Shown here: one piece after another, positions 17,677-25,687 of the stretch
How positions within the stretch are numbered: position 1 is the first letter of the stretch
Layout: the number at the start of each line of letters is the position of its first letter
Source of the DNA: Desulfurococcaceae archaeon
GTDB taxonomy: Archaea > Thermoproteota > Thermoprotei_A > Sulfolobales > NBVN01
Assembly (NCBI GenBank): GCA_020833255.1
Contig: JAJHQR010000001.1
Location: forward strand, 7,359 to 71,358
Direction of reading: 5' to 3'
Length of the DNA stretch: 64,000 nucleotides
The notes under the pieces: model-generated
The model's database searches: none
The model's input: the letters and a program-made list of their open reading frames with translations, nothing else
Told to the model about the DNA's origin: nothing
Made by a program: the position numbers and the translations under genes

Positions 17677-17982
17677 TTGGAGTTGGGGAGTGTGGTTGGG
17701 GTGAGTATTAAGGAGGTTAAGAAGTCTGAGGGCTTGTATGAGGTAACGCTTTCTGTCAGGTATGCTGGGAGGAGCTATGATTTATGTCTCCACAGAATTA
17801 CTCAAAATGTTGCTAGGGTGGAGGCGGACTTGAGGGGGGAGTACCTCTACGTAAAGCTTGTTAACGAGAGGGATGAGGGTTTTGCTACGTGCTGTATACA
17901 CGTGAAGCACTTAGAGAGCGGTTGTATGGAGTGTCCCTCACTACTCTTACCTCCTTCTAAGACAGGCTGCGAGAGTTCTTGA
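17677..17982 (+). CDS. hypothetical Cys-containing small protein
   Basis: ORF only, TTG start, no recognisable motif. Confidence 0.35.
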   Translation: MELGSVVGVSIKEVKKSEGLYEVTLSVRYAGRSYDLCLHRITQNVARVEADLRGEYLYVKLVNERDEGFATCCIHVKHLESGCMECPSLLLPPSKTGCESS

Positions 17983-18041
17983 ACAACACTTAAGACCTTA
18001 CCACACACCATTTAAAGTTGTTTAACCTATTTTTGTCGGGG

Positions 18042-18953
18042 ATGGTGTTGCTACCGCACGACTTAGTTAGCGAGCTCGTGATTCCTGAGCTGAGGGGTTT
18101 GCTAGCTCATAAATTAAGTGAGAAGGGCTTCGGCCAATTACGCATATCTAAGCTACTAGGCATTTCTCAACCGATGATAAGTAAGTACATGAGCGTGAGC
18201 CACACGGAATACCTGAAGAGGCTTGAGGAACTAGGCTTAGACGCGGACGAGGTTTCAAGGGTTGTTGAGATTTTAGTGGAGAAGCTGGCTAACAATAACC
18301 AACGCGAGTATCTAGAGTTGTTGAGTAGCTTCCTAAACTCTATCTTGAGGAGGGGCTTGCTCTGCGAGACTCATAAGAGGGTATCGCCCACGGTCCCGGC
18401 GAACTGCGACGTTTGCTTCAAGCTGTTCGAGGAGGTTAGGGATCCTTACGTGGAGGAGGTTAGGGCGGCCTACGAGATCCTGTGCCTCCACCCCAAAGCC
18501 TCTGAGATAATCCCTGAGGTAGGCATGAACATAGTCTCAGCACCTCCTAACGCGAAAAGCTTTCGAGACGTAGCCGGCTTCTCCGGGAGGATAGTCAAGT
18601 CGGATAATAGGGTGGTCGCGGCCGGGGAGCCTGTTAAAGGCGGTAGTAAGCATACGGCCAACGTACTACTTAAGGTGATGAGCAGGTTCCCGAAGGTTAG
18701 GTCAGCTATAGCGATCAAGTACGACGAGAGATGCATTAATAAGTTGAGTTCCGCTAATCTAAAAGTAGTGAGGACAGGCCCTCATAAATCAATTGATGAA
18801 TTCTTCAAATCCTTAGAGAAGGTCGTTTCAGAGTTGGGTGAAGAACCTGACGTGATAGCTGACGCCGGCGGGCTAGGCATAGAACCAGTACTCTACGTTT
18901 TTTCGACGAGCGCTATTAAAGCTCTTGAAAAAGCTCTTATTTGCGTTGAGTGA
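18042..18953 (+). CDS. thiR: ThiR-like regulator: N-terminal HTH fused to ThiN-type (thiamine-phosphate synthase-like) domain
   Basis: HTH RISKLLGISQPMISKYMS. C-terminal IPEVGMNIVSA...GFSGRIV...GGSKHTANVLL...AIAIKYD resembles the ThiN domain. ATG 18042 preferred over TTG 18018. Confidence 0.6.
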   Translation: MVLLPHDLVSELVIPELRGLLAHKLSEKGFGQLRISKLLGISQPMISKYMSVSHTEYLKRLEELGLDADEVSRVVEILVEKLANNNQREYLELLSSFLNSILRRGLLCETHKRVSPTVPANCDVCFKLFEEVRDPYVEEVRAAYEILCLHPKASEIIPEVGMNIVSAPPNAKSFRDVAGFSGRIVKSDNRVVAAGEPVKGGSKHTANVLLKVMSRFPKVRSAIAIKYDERCINKLSSANLKVVRTGPHKSIDEFFKSLEKVVSELGEEPDVIADAGGLGIEPVLYVFSTSAIKALEKALICVE

Positions 18954-18975
18954 TTCCAAACCCTGCATTCAAAAA

Positions 18976-19500
18976 CTATTTTCTCAGGCTTAGGGCCGCG
19001 GCCGAGACCACTGCACCGTAGATAGCTCCGCTAACGCACGCGGCTATAACCCATAAACTCATTTCCAGAGGTGTCCCTACCACGCCGAAGAGTTGCGCGT
19101 CCAAGCCTACCGCAGGGAGACCGGCTAACGCCCCGGCAAGAGCTCCTGAGATTATGTCCCAGCGCCTATACCTGAACGTGAGGTACCCTAACTCTGAAGC
19201 AAGTCCTTGAGCGAACCCGTAAATCACGTTCGTGATACCGCCTGCAGGAGCTATTAAGGTCTCGACTAGAGCGCCCAGGAACTCCCCTAAGAAAGCTGAT
19301 AGAGGTTTCTTCAGGAGTGAGGCTGCTAAAGGAGCTCCCATAAACCACAAACCATAGCTAATTATCCTAGCTCCCACAGGTCCTGCGAGGACTTCCGACA
19401 CGTTATATATAGTCCAAGCAGCAGTGAATATGACGCCGCTTATGACCCCTGCAACCGCTAGTAAAGCTAAGTCTATACTCGTAAACCTAGAGGCCCTCAC
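18976..19500 (-). CDS. ykoE: ECF-type S component, YkoE-like (HMP/thiamine precursor)
   Basis: 174 aa Gly/Ala-rich polytopic membrane protein with a QGLASELGYLTFRYRRW segment. Sits in an operon-like array with T and duplicated-A components. GTG start. Confidence 0.55.
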   Translation of the reverse strand: MRASRFTSIDLALLAVAGVISGVIFTAAWTIYNVSEVLAGPVGARIISYGLWFMGAPLAASLLKKPLSAFLGEFLGALVETLIAPAGGITNVIYGFAQGLASELGYLTFRYRRWDIISGALAGALAGLPAVGLDAQLFGVVGTPLEMSLWVIAACVSGAIYGAVVSAAALSLRK

Positions 19501-19512
19501 ATGACCTCACCG

Positions 19513-19524
19513 CTATACTATTAT
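19513..19524 (-). promoter_or_regulatory. candidate operator 12-mer ATAATAGTATAG upstream of ykoE
   Basis: Read on the minus strand, 12 nt upstream of the ykoE GTG and downstream of the TATA CTATAAATATTTTTAT. Confidence 0.3.
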
Positions 19525-19581
19525 AATCAGAGAATAAAAATATTTATAGCTTTGTAATATCAGGGCAACACCCCTCCGACG

Positions 19582-20289
19582 TCAGGAGTAGAGGGAGATA
19601 ACCCATTGCAGGGCTAGGGCCGACAATATGATGACGTCCCCGAGCCCCAGGGGTTTCCTCCCAGACACCTTCCTAAGTCTTAAGCCTCTGAGTTCTGCGG
19701 AGATACCGCCCCACACAGCTCTCTCATAACTTATATTGAGCATCGGGAGTAGGATGCTTCTTAAGTGTTTAGGGCTCAACACTACTGAGGTAAACCCTCG
19801 TTCCTTTCTGGCGATGCGGATCTCGCTTAAATCCTTACTCAGTAAGGGGAATAACCTGAACGCGTACGCTATCGAGAAAGCTATTCCTGATGGAACCCTC
19901 AAATCCCTCTCCAGCGATCTTATTAAGTCTCTCACGTTAACTAAGCCTAGCATGAGTAGGGTGGAGCCAACTATAAGAAAGAATCTCAGGGTAAGTATTA
20001 GGAAGGACTCCACAGCGCCACTCCTGATAGTTACTGCTTGAATAGACACGATCTCATCACCAACGTTGTGGAAGTAGAGCCCGTTAATGAACGCTCCCCA
20101 CGCGTTAAGCACTAAGAGCGCCGCCAACAGTTTTTGAGGTATCTTCTTACTCCCTGAAGCGAAACCTAGGATTCCGTTAATTAGTGAAGGAAGTATTAAC
20201 GACTTCACGGAGTTAGCTACGAACGCTAGTAGTGAGGCTCCTAAAGCGTATAAGAATAGCGTTGATTCCCTATACCTAGCCCTCATCAA
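19582..20289 (-). CDS. ykoC: ECF transporter T component (CbiQ/EcfT family, YkoC-like)
   Basis: 235 aa polytopic protein. Conserved ARxxRG-type motif IARKERGF. Overlaps the upstream ATPase gene by 4 nt. Confidence 0.7.
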   Translation of the reverse strand: MMRARYRESTLFLYALGASLLAFVANSVKSLILPSLINGILGFASGSKKIPQKLLAALLVLNAWGAFINGLYFHNVGDEIVSIQAVTIRSGAVESFLILTLRFFLIVGSTLLMLGLVNVRDLIRSLERDLRVPSGIAFSIAYAFRLFPLLSKDLSEIRIARKERGFTSVVLSPKHLRSILLPMLNISYERAVWGGISAELRGLRLRKVSGRKPLGLGDVIILSALALQWVISLYS

Positions 20290-21731
20290 TAAACACCCGC
20301 TATACTCTCAAGCATTAAAGCCGCTTTACAGGGTTCTAACTCCTTAACTCTGCCACCCTCAATTATTAGGGATCTATCAGCTAGCCCTAAGAGGACTCTC
20401 GGGTCGTGAGTGGATATTATGAAGGAAACACCTCCCTCACTCAACCCTCTCACGTGCTCGAACAGGGAGTTAAGCAAGCTTAAGTCCAGTCCTGCCGTAG
20501 GCTCGTCCATCAATATTATGTCAGGCTTATGAGCCCACGCAATAACTAGCGTTAGCCACCTGCGCTGACCCAGGCTCAGTCTGTACGGGGGGTAGTGCTT
20601 CCTCTCCTCATAAAAAGGCACCTTACCCGCCACCACCTCAAAACTGCGTCCCGTCTTAGAAGCGGCTAGTCTCAACTCTCCCTCAACGCTATTCTCGAGA
20701 AACATGTAATCAGGCGTTTGACTAACGTAGAAGGCCTTCCTAACGCCGCCACGAAAAACTATCTCCCCCGAGTAACCCTTATGAAACCCTGCTATAGTTT
20801 TAAGTAGGGTGGTTTTACCCGAGCCGTTCGGGCCTACTAAAGCTAGAACCTCACCCCTCCTCAACTCGAAAGAAACGTCTTTGAGGAGAGGTTTTTTACG
20901 TTCATGCCAGCACTCAAGCCCCTCAACAGTGAGTATGACTTCACCGATTCTCCGCTCCTTACAGCCCGGTGATTCAGGCATTTCGTGAACAGGCTCAACG
21001 TCTAGGCCAGCCCCCCTGAGTTTCTTGAGCAGATCTCTTGACGCGAGCTCGTTCCTAGAATATTCTGAGACCTTCCTACCCGAACTCAACAGCACTAGCT
21101 TATCAGCCATGTCTAGGAAATACTTAATCTTGTGCTCAACAATCAAGACAGTCTTACCCTCCTTAATTAAGTCAGTCACGAACCTCCTAACCTCCCTTAT
21201 GCCCCAGGGATCCATGGAGGCCGTGGGTTCGTCGAGCATGACTAGGTACGGCTTATGAGATATCGCTGAAGCAAGAGATAGCCTCCTCTTCTCACCCCCT
21301 GATAGGGTCTCCACGTGGTCAAGCCTCTTATCAAAGAGCCCGAAGCTCCTCAATAACTCAGTCGCTCTAGTCAGGGCCTCACTCTCGTCAAACCCTAAAT
21401 TCTCCAGCGTGAAGAGAACCTCGTCTAACGGGGTAGGCATCAAGACCTGCTTCTCCGGGTCCTGAAGTACTAGGCCGACAAGTCTTGAAGCGGGAGAATC
21501 CCCTCTAAGCAGGTCCTCACCCCCGATAAACACTGAGCCATCGACCCAGCCACCCATAAGAGAAGAGAGGATTCCTGAAATAGTGAGTAGTAGCGTGGTC
21601 TTGCCGGATCCTGAAGCCCCGCCGACAAGTATCAACTCACCCTCACCACCATCAAACCCGGTCTCTCTCAGCACGGCCTCACCCACCTTATAACCAGCGG
21701 ATCTCACATCAACCCTCAGCATCCTGCCCAT
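20286..21731 (-). CDS. ykoD: duplicated ECF/ABC ATPase (YkoD-like)
   Basis: Two cassettes: Walker A GASGSGKTT and GPNGSGKTT, signatures LSGGEKRR and LSLGQRRW, Walker B LVMLDEPT and IILMDEPT. Confidence 0.8.
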   Translation of the reverse strand: MGRMLRVDVRSAGYKVGEAVLRETGFDGGEGELILVGGASGSGKTTLLLTISGILSSLMGGWVDGSVFIGGEDLLRGDSPASRLVGLVLQDPEKQVLMPTPLDEVLFTLENLGFDESEALTRATELLRSFGLFDKRLDHVETLSGGEKRRLSLASAISHKPYLVMLDEPTASMDPWGIREVRRFVTDLIKEGKTVLIVEHKIKYFLDMADKLVLLSSGRKVSEYSRNELASRDLLKKLRGAGLDVEPVHEMPESPGCKERRIGEVILTVEGLECWHERKKPLLKDVSFELRRGEVLALVGPNGSGKTTLLKTIAGFHKGYSGEIVFRGGVRKAFYVSQTPDYMFLENSVEGELRLAASKTGRSFEVVAGKVPFYEERKHYPPYRLSLGQRRWLTLVIAWAHKPDIILMDEPTAGLDLSLLNSLFEHVRGLSEGGVSFIISTHDPRVLLGLADRSLIIEGGRVKELEPCKAALMLESIAGVY

Positions 21732-21740
21732 CCACGATAA

Positions 21741-21752
21741 CTATATTATTAT
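21741..21752 (-). promoter_or_regulatory. candidate operator 12-mer ATAATAATATAG between TATA and the ykoD start
   Basis: Read on the minus strand, 9 nt upstream of the ykoD ATG. 11/12 identical to a 12-mer upstream of ykoE. Confidence 0.3.
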
Positions 21753-21824
21753 GGTATTAATAAAACCATTATGATAGCTAAGCACTTATTACTGTTTTAC
21801 GGTATTACTACGTAGGTAGTCGAG

Positions 21825-22085
21825 ATGAAGGTGAGGTTTTTCGGTATACTGAGAGATTTCGCAGGGGTTGAGTCTGTGGACGTCGTGTTAGGGGGTTCTG
21901 TGAAGGTTAAGGAATTACTGAACCTCTTATCAAGTAAGCTCAGCTGGTTTAACGATTTTCTTAAGAATGTGGAGAAAGCTAACATCTCAATCATAATATT
22001 AGTCAACGATCACTTAGTTAACGAGGAGTACCTACTTAATGAGGGGGATGAGGTTACTTTATTACCGCCAGCCGCTGGTGGTTAA
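21825..22085 (+). CDS. moaD: molybdopterin synthase sulfur-carrier subunit
   Basis: 86 aa, ends PPAAGG-stop. Immediately upstream of moaE. Confidence 0.8.
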   Translation: MKVRFFGILRDFAGVESVDVVLGGSVKVKELLNLLSSKLSWFNDFLKNVEKANISIIILVNDHLVNEEYLLNEGDEVTLLPPAAGG

Positions 22086-22089
22086 CGAG

Positions 22090-22545
22090 ATGGTTGTTGA
22101 AGCGTTAATAACGAGGAGTGAGCTAAACGTTAACGAATATCTCGAGAAATTATCCAGGGCTTCTTCTAGAGACGGTTGCGGAGCGTTAGTCATGTTCATG
22201 GGTTTTGTTAAGGGGTTGGTTGGTGAGGGATCCGTTAACGAGCTGATTTACGAAGCCTACGAGAACTACGCGTTAAGTAAGATGAGGGAGATCGGTGAGG
22301 AGGCTGTCAAGAAATTCGGGGTTAGGGACGTGGTAGTGGTTCATAGGGTGGGTAACTTAAGGCCGGGTGACCCGACAATATACATATTCGTCACCGCTAA
22401 GAGTAGGGGTGAGGCCTTTAAAGCAGCTGAGTACGTGTTAGAGAGGGTTAAGCACGAGGTACCTATATCAAAGCTTGAGGTCAGGAGTGACGGGGAGTTC
22501 TGGGTCTTAGGTGATGGGCGGAGAATAAGAAGACCGAGGACTTGA
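22090..22545 (+). CDS. moaE: molybdopterin synthase catalytic subunit
   Basis: MoaE-sized protein in moaD context. ATG 22090 lies 4 nt after the moaD stop; the track start 22039 would overlap moaD. Confidence 0.75.
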   Translation: MVVEALITRSELNVNEYLEKLSRASSRDGCGALVMFMGFVKGLVGEGSVNELIYEAYENYALSKMREIGEEAVKKFGVRDVVVVHRVGNLRPGDPTIYIFVTAKSRGEAFKAAEYVLERVKHEVPISKLEVRSDGEFWVLGDGRRIRRPRT

Positions 22546-22995
22546 TTAAGTCTCCTTCGTCTTCCTAACAACCCTCACGTTACTTATTACTGTCTCAGGG
22601 TACTGACCGTTCTCGTCTTTCTCATACTTCTTAACCATATCCCATATGTTTAGCAGTGCTGACATAACCCCTGCGAGAGCCTCCATCTCAGCCCCTGTCT
22701 TCGCTGTGGTTCTCACCACCACAGTAACCTTTACCCCATCATCTAGCACCTCATACGAGGTGGAGACGTGTGTTATCGGTATGTTGTGTGTTAGTGGTAG
22801 TAACTCAGGTGTTTTCTTAACGGCTAGTAAAGCAGCTACTGAAGAGACCGTCAGAACATCGCCTTTCTCTACCAAGCCCTCCCTAACGAGCCTCACCGTC
22901 TCTTTCTTAAGCTTTATGAAGCCCTCGGCTACAGCCTCCCTGAACACCTCCGGTTTGGAGGAGACGTCGACCATCCTAACACTCAACGCGAGCAC
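22546..22995 (-). CDS. moaC: cyclic pyranopterin monophosphate synthase accessory protein
   Basis: 149 aa. LTHNIPI and TTAKTGAEMEAL motifs typical of MoaC. Adjacent to moaA. Confidence 0.85.
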   Translation of the reverse strand: MLALSVRMVDVSSKPEVFREAVAEGFIKLKKETVRLVREGLVEKGDVLTVSSVAALLAVKKTPELLPLTHNIPITHVSTSYEVLDDGVKVTVVVRTTAKTGAEMEALAGVMSALLNIWDMVKKYEKDENGQYPETVISNVRVVRKTKET

Positions 22996-22998
22996 CCC

Positions 22999-23919
22999 CT
23001 ACCTAAAATACGGCTCTCTTAATAAAGTAGCTTTCTTAAGCGCTTCCTCTAAGGCTGCGGAATCCCTGTTCTTTATAGCGTCCTTAACATCAACGAACGC
23101 ATCCTCCCTGAAAATACATATCTTGATTTTCCCGCTGGGTGTGAGTCTTAAGCGCGTACACCCACTGCAGAGGTATGGGTTTCCGTAACCCCTAATCAAA
23201 GTGATTTCCGTACCGTTATCTAACACATAGGTCGGTCTATTCTGGAAGTCTTTATAGTACTTCCTGACGGCTCTCCGCTCCACCAAACCCTCCACCCCGT
23301 TAAGGCTTACATACTCTTTCTCATACACGTGTTGAGGGGTTCCTAAAGGTATTAACTCTATTAGATTCACGGAAACACCCGAGCTAGCCGCGAAGTCAAG
23401 TAGTCTCGGGATTTCGTTAACGTTGGACCTCATGACGACGAAGTTTATCTTCACGTTAAGTCCTGCGTCAAGAGCTTCGGTAAGACCCTCCATAACAGGC
23501 TTTAAAGGCGCTCTAGCGATGTAGGCGAACACGTCATCCCTGAATGAGTGGAGACTTATGTTAAGTCTGTCTAGCCCGGCATCCGCTAGGGAGCGCGCTT
23601 TATCCTTAAGTAATGAGCCGTTGGTCGAGAGCGAGACCTCGTCAGCGTAAAACTTCAACTCCCTGACGATCTCCGCTATATCGTTCCTTACTAGGGGCTC
23701 GCCGCCCGTCAACTTATACCTACTTATGCCGAGGGCTTTAGAGACTTTCGCTAGGAAGCCGTAATCACCCGGATCTAGGGCCTCCTCCTCAAACCTGAAA
23801 ATCCCTTCCCTATGGCAGAATATGCAGGCATGATTACATCTCTGGGTAACGCTCACCCTGAACCTGTCTACGGCTCTCCCGTACCTGTCTTTAAGGATTG
23901 GTGAAGGACTCAACGCCAA
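22999..23919 (-). CDS. moaA: GTP 3',8-cyclase (radical SAM)
   Basis: CNHACIFCH radical-SAM cluster, GGEPL, C-terminal cluster CSGCTRLRLT. Confidence 0.9.
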   Translation of the reverse strand: MALSPSPILKDRYGRAVDRFRVSVTQRCNHACIFCHREGIFRFEEEALDPGDYGFLAKVSKALGISRYKLTGGEPLVRNDIAEIVRELKFYADEVSLSTNGSLLKDKARSLADAGLDRLNISLHSFRDDVFAYIARAPLKPVMEGLTEALDAGLNVKINFVVMRSNVNEIPRLLDFAASSGVSVNLIELIPLGTPQHVYEKEYVSLNGVEGLVERRAVRKYYKDFQNRPTYVLDNGTEITLIRGYGNPYLCSGCTRLRLTPSGKIKICIFREDAFVDVKDAIKNRDSAALEEALKKATLLREPYFR

Positions 23920-24926
23920 CCCCTGCCCTTAAGGAACTCGTCCGTCAAACCACCCTCACCTAAACCAACCAAGTATTTCCTATCTATTCTTTCCTTAGCC
24001 ATCACCCAAGGTAATAACACGTCCAGTATGTTCCACCTACTATAATATATTATCGCCGAAGAAACCCCTATTATCGGCTTTCCCTGAGCGTAGGCTACCA
24101 TACTCATGGTGTTGGGTTTGATGGGTATCCCGTACATAACGACCTCATCAGCTACCTCAGCGATAGACTTAGGTGTTAGGTCTGTTGGATCCACACTCAT
24201 CCCTCCCGTCACGATCACAGCGTCGTATTCTCTTAAAAACCTTGTTATGGCTTCCTTAATCCGTGTCGAGTCGTCAGGAACTATAGCGATCTCCGATACC
24301 AACCCACCATACTCTAAGACCTTACTCTTAACCACTGGCGAAGCCTTATCCTCTATCAAACCCTCGAAAACTTCCGTACCAGTGATCACGACACCCACCC
24401 TCAACTTATTGAAAGGACTTACCTCAATAACCGGTCTGCAACCTCCTAACTCAGCGAGTAGGTTGCTTAAGTAGTCCTTAGGCACGGTGAGCGGTATTAA
24501 GTCAACGATGCCGACGACGCTGCCTGCGTCAACTGCCACGCCCTTACGCCTAGTAACGACCACGAAAACCCCTGTGGAGTTCACCCTCTCCAAGCAAGAA
24601 CTGTTAATTTTTAGGAGGCCCCGGACGGTGGATTTAAGGATTGCCTTACCCTCATCACCTAAGGAAACCTCAACGTTACCGCCCGCTAAATACTTACCGA
24701 GCTCAACCACCGCCTCCTCCTCATGCAAGTCGTTTACCGCGCTCCCTAAACTATCGTAAACGTAAACGTAGTTATGTCCTGCTTTCTTAAGCACTTCAAC
24801 GTCCGAGCTAGTTATGACGTGTCCGCGCCTCAGGAGAGCCCCCTTAAAAGACTCAGTCACTAGAGAAACGTCGTACGCGAGAATCTTGCCGACGGCTTCC
24901 TCAGCTTTAAGTATTCTTAGCAACAC
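23910..24926 (-). CDS. molybdopterin-binding (MoCF_biosynth/MoaB-MoeA-like) domain protein
   Basis: VGVVITGTEV...IVPDD...VIVTGGMSVDPTDLT core. Overlaps the moaA start by 10 nt. Confidence 0.6.
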   Translation of the reverse strand: MLLRILKAEEAVGKILAYDVSLVTESFKGALLRRGHVITSSDVEVLKKAGHNYVYVYDSLGSAVNDLHEEEAVVELGKYLAGGNVEVSLGDEGKAILKSTVRGLLKINSSCLERVNSTGVFVVVTRRKGVAVDAGSVVGIVDLIPLTVPKDYLSNLLAELGGCRPVIEVSPFNKLRVGVVITGTEVFEGLIEDKASPVVKSKVLEYGGLVSEIAIVPDDSTRIKEAITRFLREYDAVIVTGGMSVDPTDLTPKSIAEVADEVVMYGIPIKPNTMSMVAYAQGKPIIGVSSAIIYYSRWNILDVLLPWVMAKERIDRKYLVGLGEGGLTDEFLKGRGWR

Positions 24927-25089
24927 TTGAATCCCCCCAACAGCGTAATTTACCTAGTTAACATAGTTATTTTAGGTAATAAGCATAACGTAAACACACT
25001 TATTTACGTTCGACGTCGCTATTCCCCGCAAGAGGGACGCATTGAATAGAGCTTATATTCGCTAGCTAATTAATTTAGAGGGATCTACT

Positions 25090-25659
25090 CTGAGCAAATC
25101 CCTTACTAAATACCTCCGTTACAACGGTTTACTAGCTTTCATTATCGCGTACGTATTCATATTCGCTTCAATCTTAATCAACCCATGGTTCAACGTGTTC
25201 AAGAACGCGTTAAGTGACTTAGGTAGGGTGGGCCTCGAAAACAATTACGTGTTTAACACGGGCTTAATACTCGCCGCTCTCGTAGCACTAACGTACATAC
25301 CGAGCTTGCTAGACTTCTTTAAGTCTAGGATCGGTTTCATGAGTCTCGGCATCTTCTTAATCGCTATCCTACACCTACTACTAATAGGTGTCTTCCCGGA
25401 AGGCACGAAACCTCACGGATTTGTCTCCTACGAGTTCTTCGCTTTAATGACTATAAGCCTACTGTTCATAGGGATCTCACTAATCGCGGAGGGGATGAGT
25501 AAGTATGGGGCTTCCCTCCTACTGCTCTTCATTCTCAGCTTGGGCGGATCACTCCTAATCAAGTGGCCTTCCATAGCCTTGCTAGAACTATACAACATCG
25601 TGTTATATAATGCAGGGGTGGCTGTCTTAACATACCTTCAACATAAAAAACAACCCTAG
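25090..25659 (+). CDS. DUF998-like polytopic membrane protein; start codon unresolved (possible CTG 25090; track start GTG 25195)
   Basis: The frame is open from 25066 and encodes a full first TM helix (NGLLAFIIAYVFIFASILINPWF) ahead of the conserved NALSDLG. No ATG/GTG/TTG occurs in that stretch. Confidence 0.5.
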   Translation: MSKSLTKYLRYNGLLAFIIAYVFIFASILINPWFNVFKNALSDLGRVGLENNYVFNTGLILAALVALTYIPSLLDFFKSRIGFMSLGIFLIAILHLLLIGVFPEGTKPHGFVSYEFFALMTISLLFIGISLIAEGMSKYGASLLLLFILSLGGSLLIKWPSIALLELYNIVLYNAGVAVLTYLQHKKQP

Positions 25660-25687
25660 ACTTCAGGTGGGAACCTAAGTAGTTAGG

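Noticed and set aside
22646-23188. 180-aa + strand ORF
   Set aside because: Antisense to moaC/moaA. Ser/Thr/Leu-rich antisense composition.
25011-25052. Small imperfect hairpin (GCUAUUC-CCC-GCAAGA-GGG...GAAUAG) upstream of the DUF998-like gene
   Set aside because: Short and asymmetric, with no recognisable riboswitch or sRNA motif. Noted only as context for the start-codon problem.
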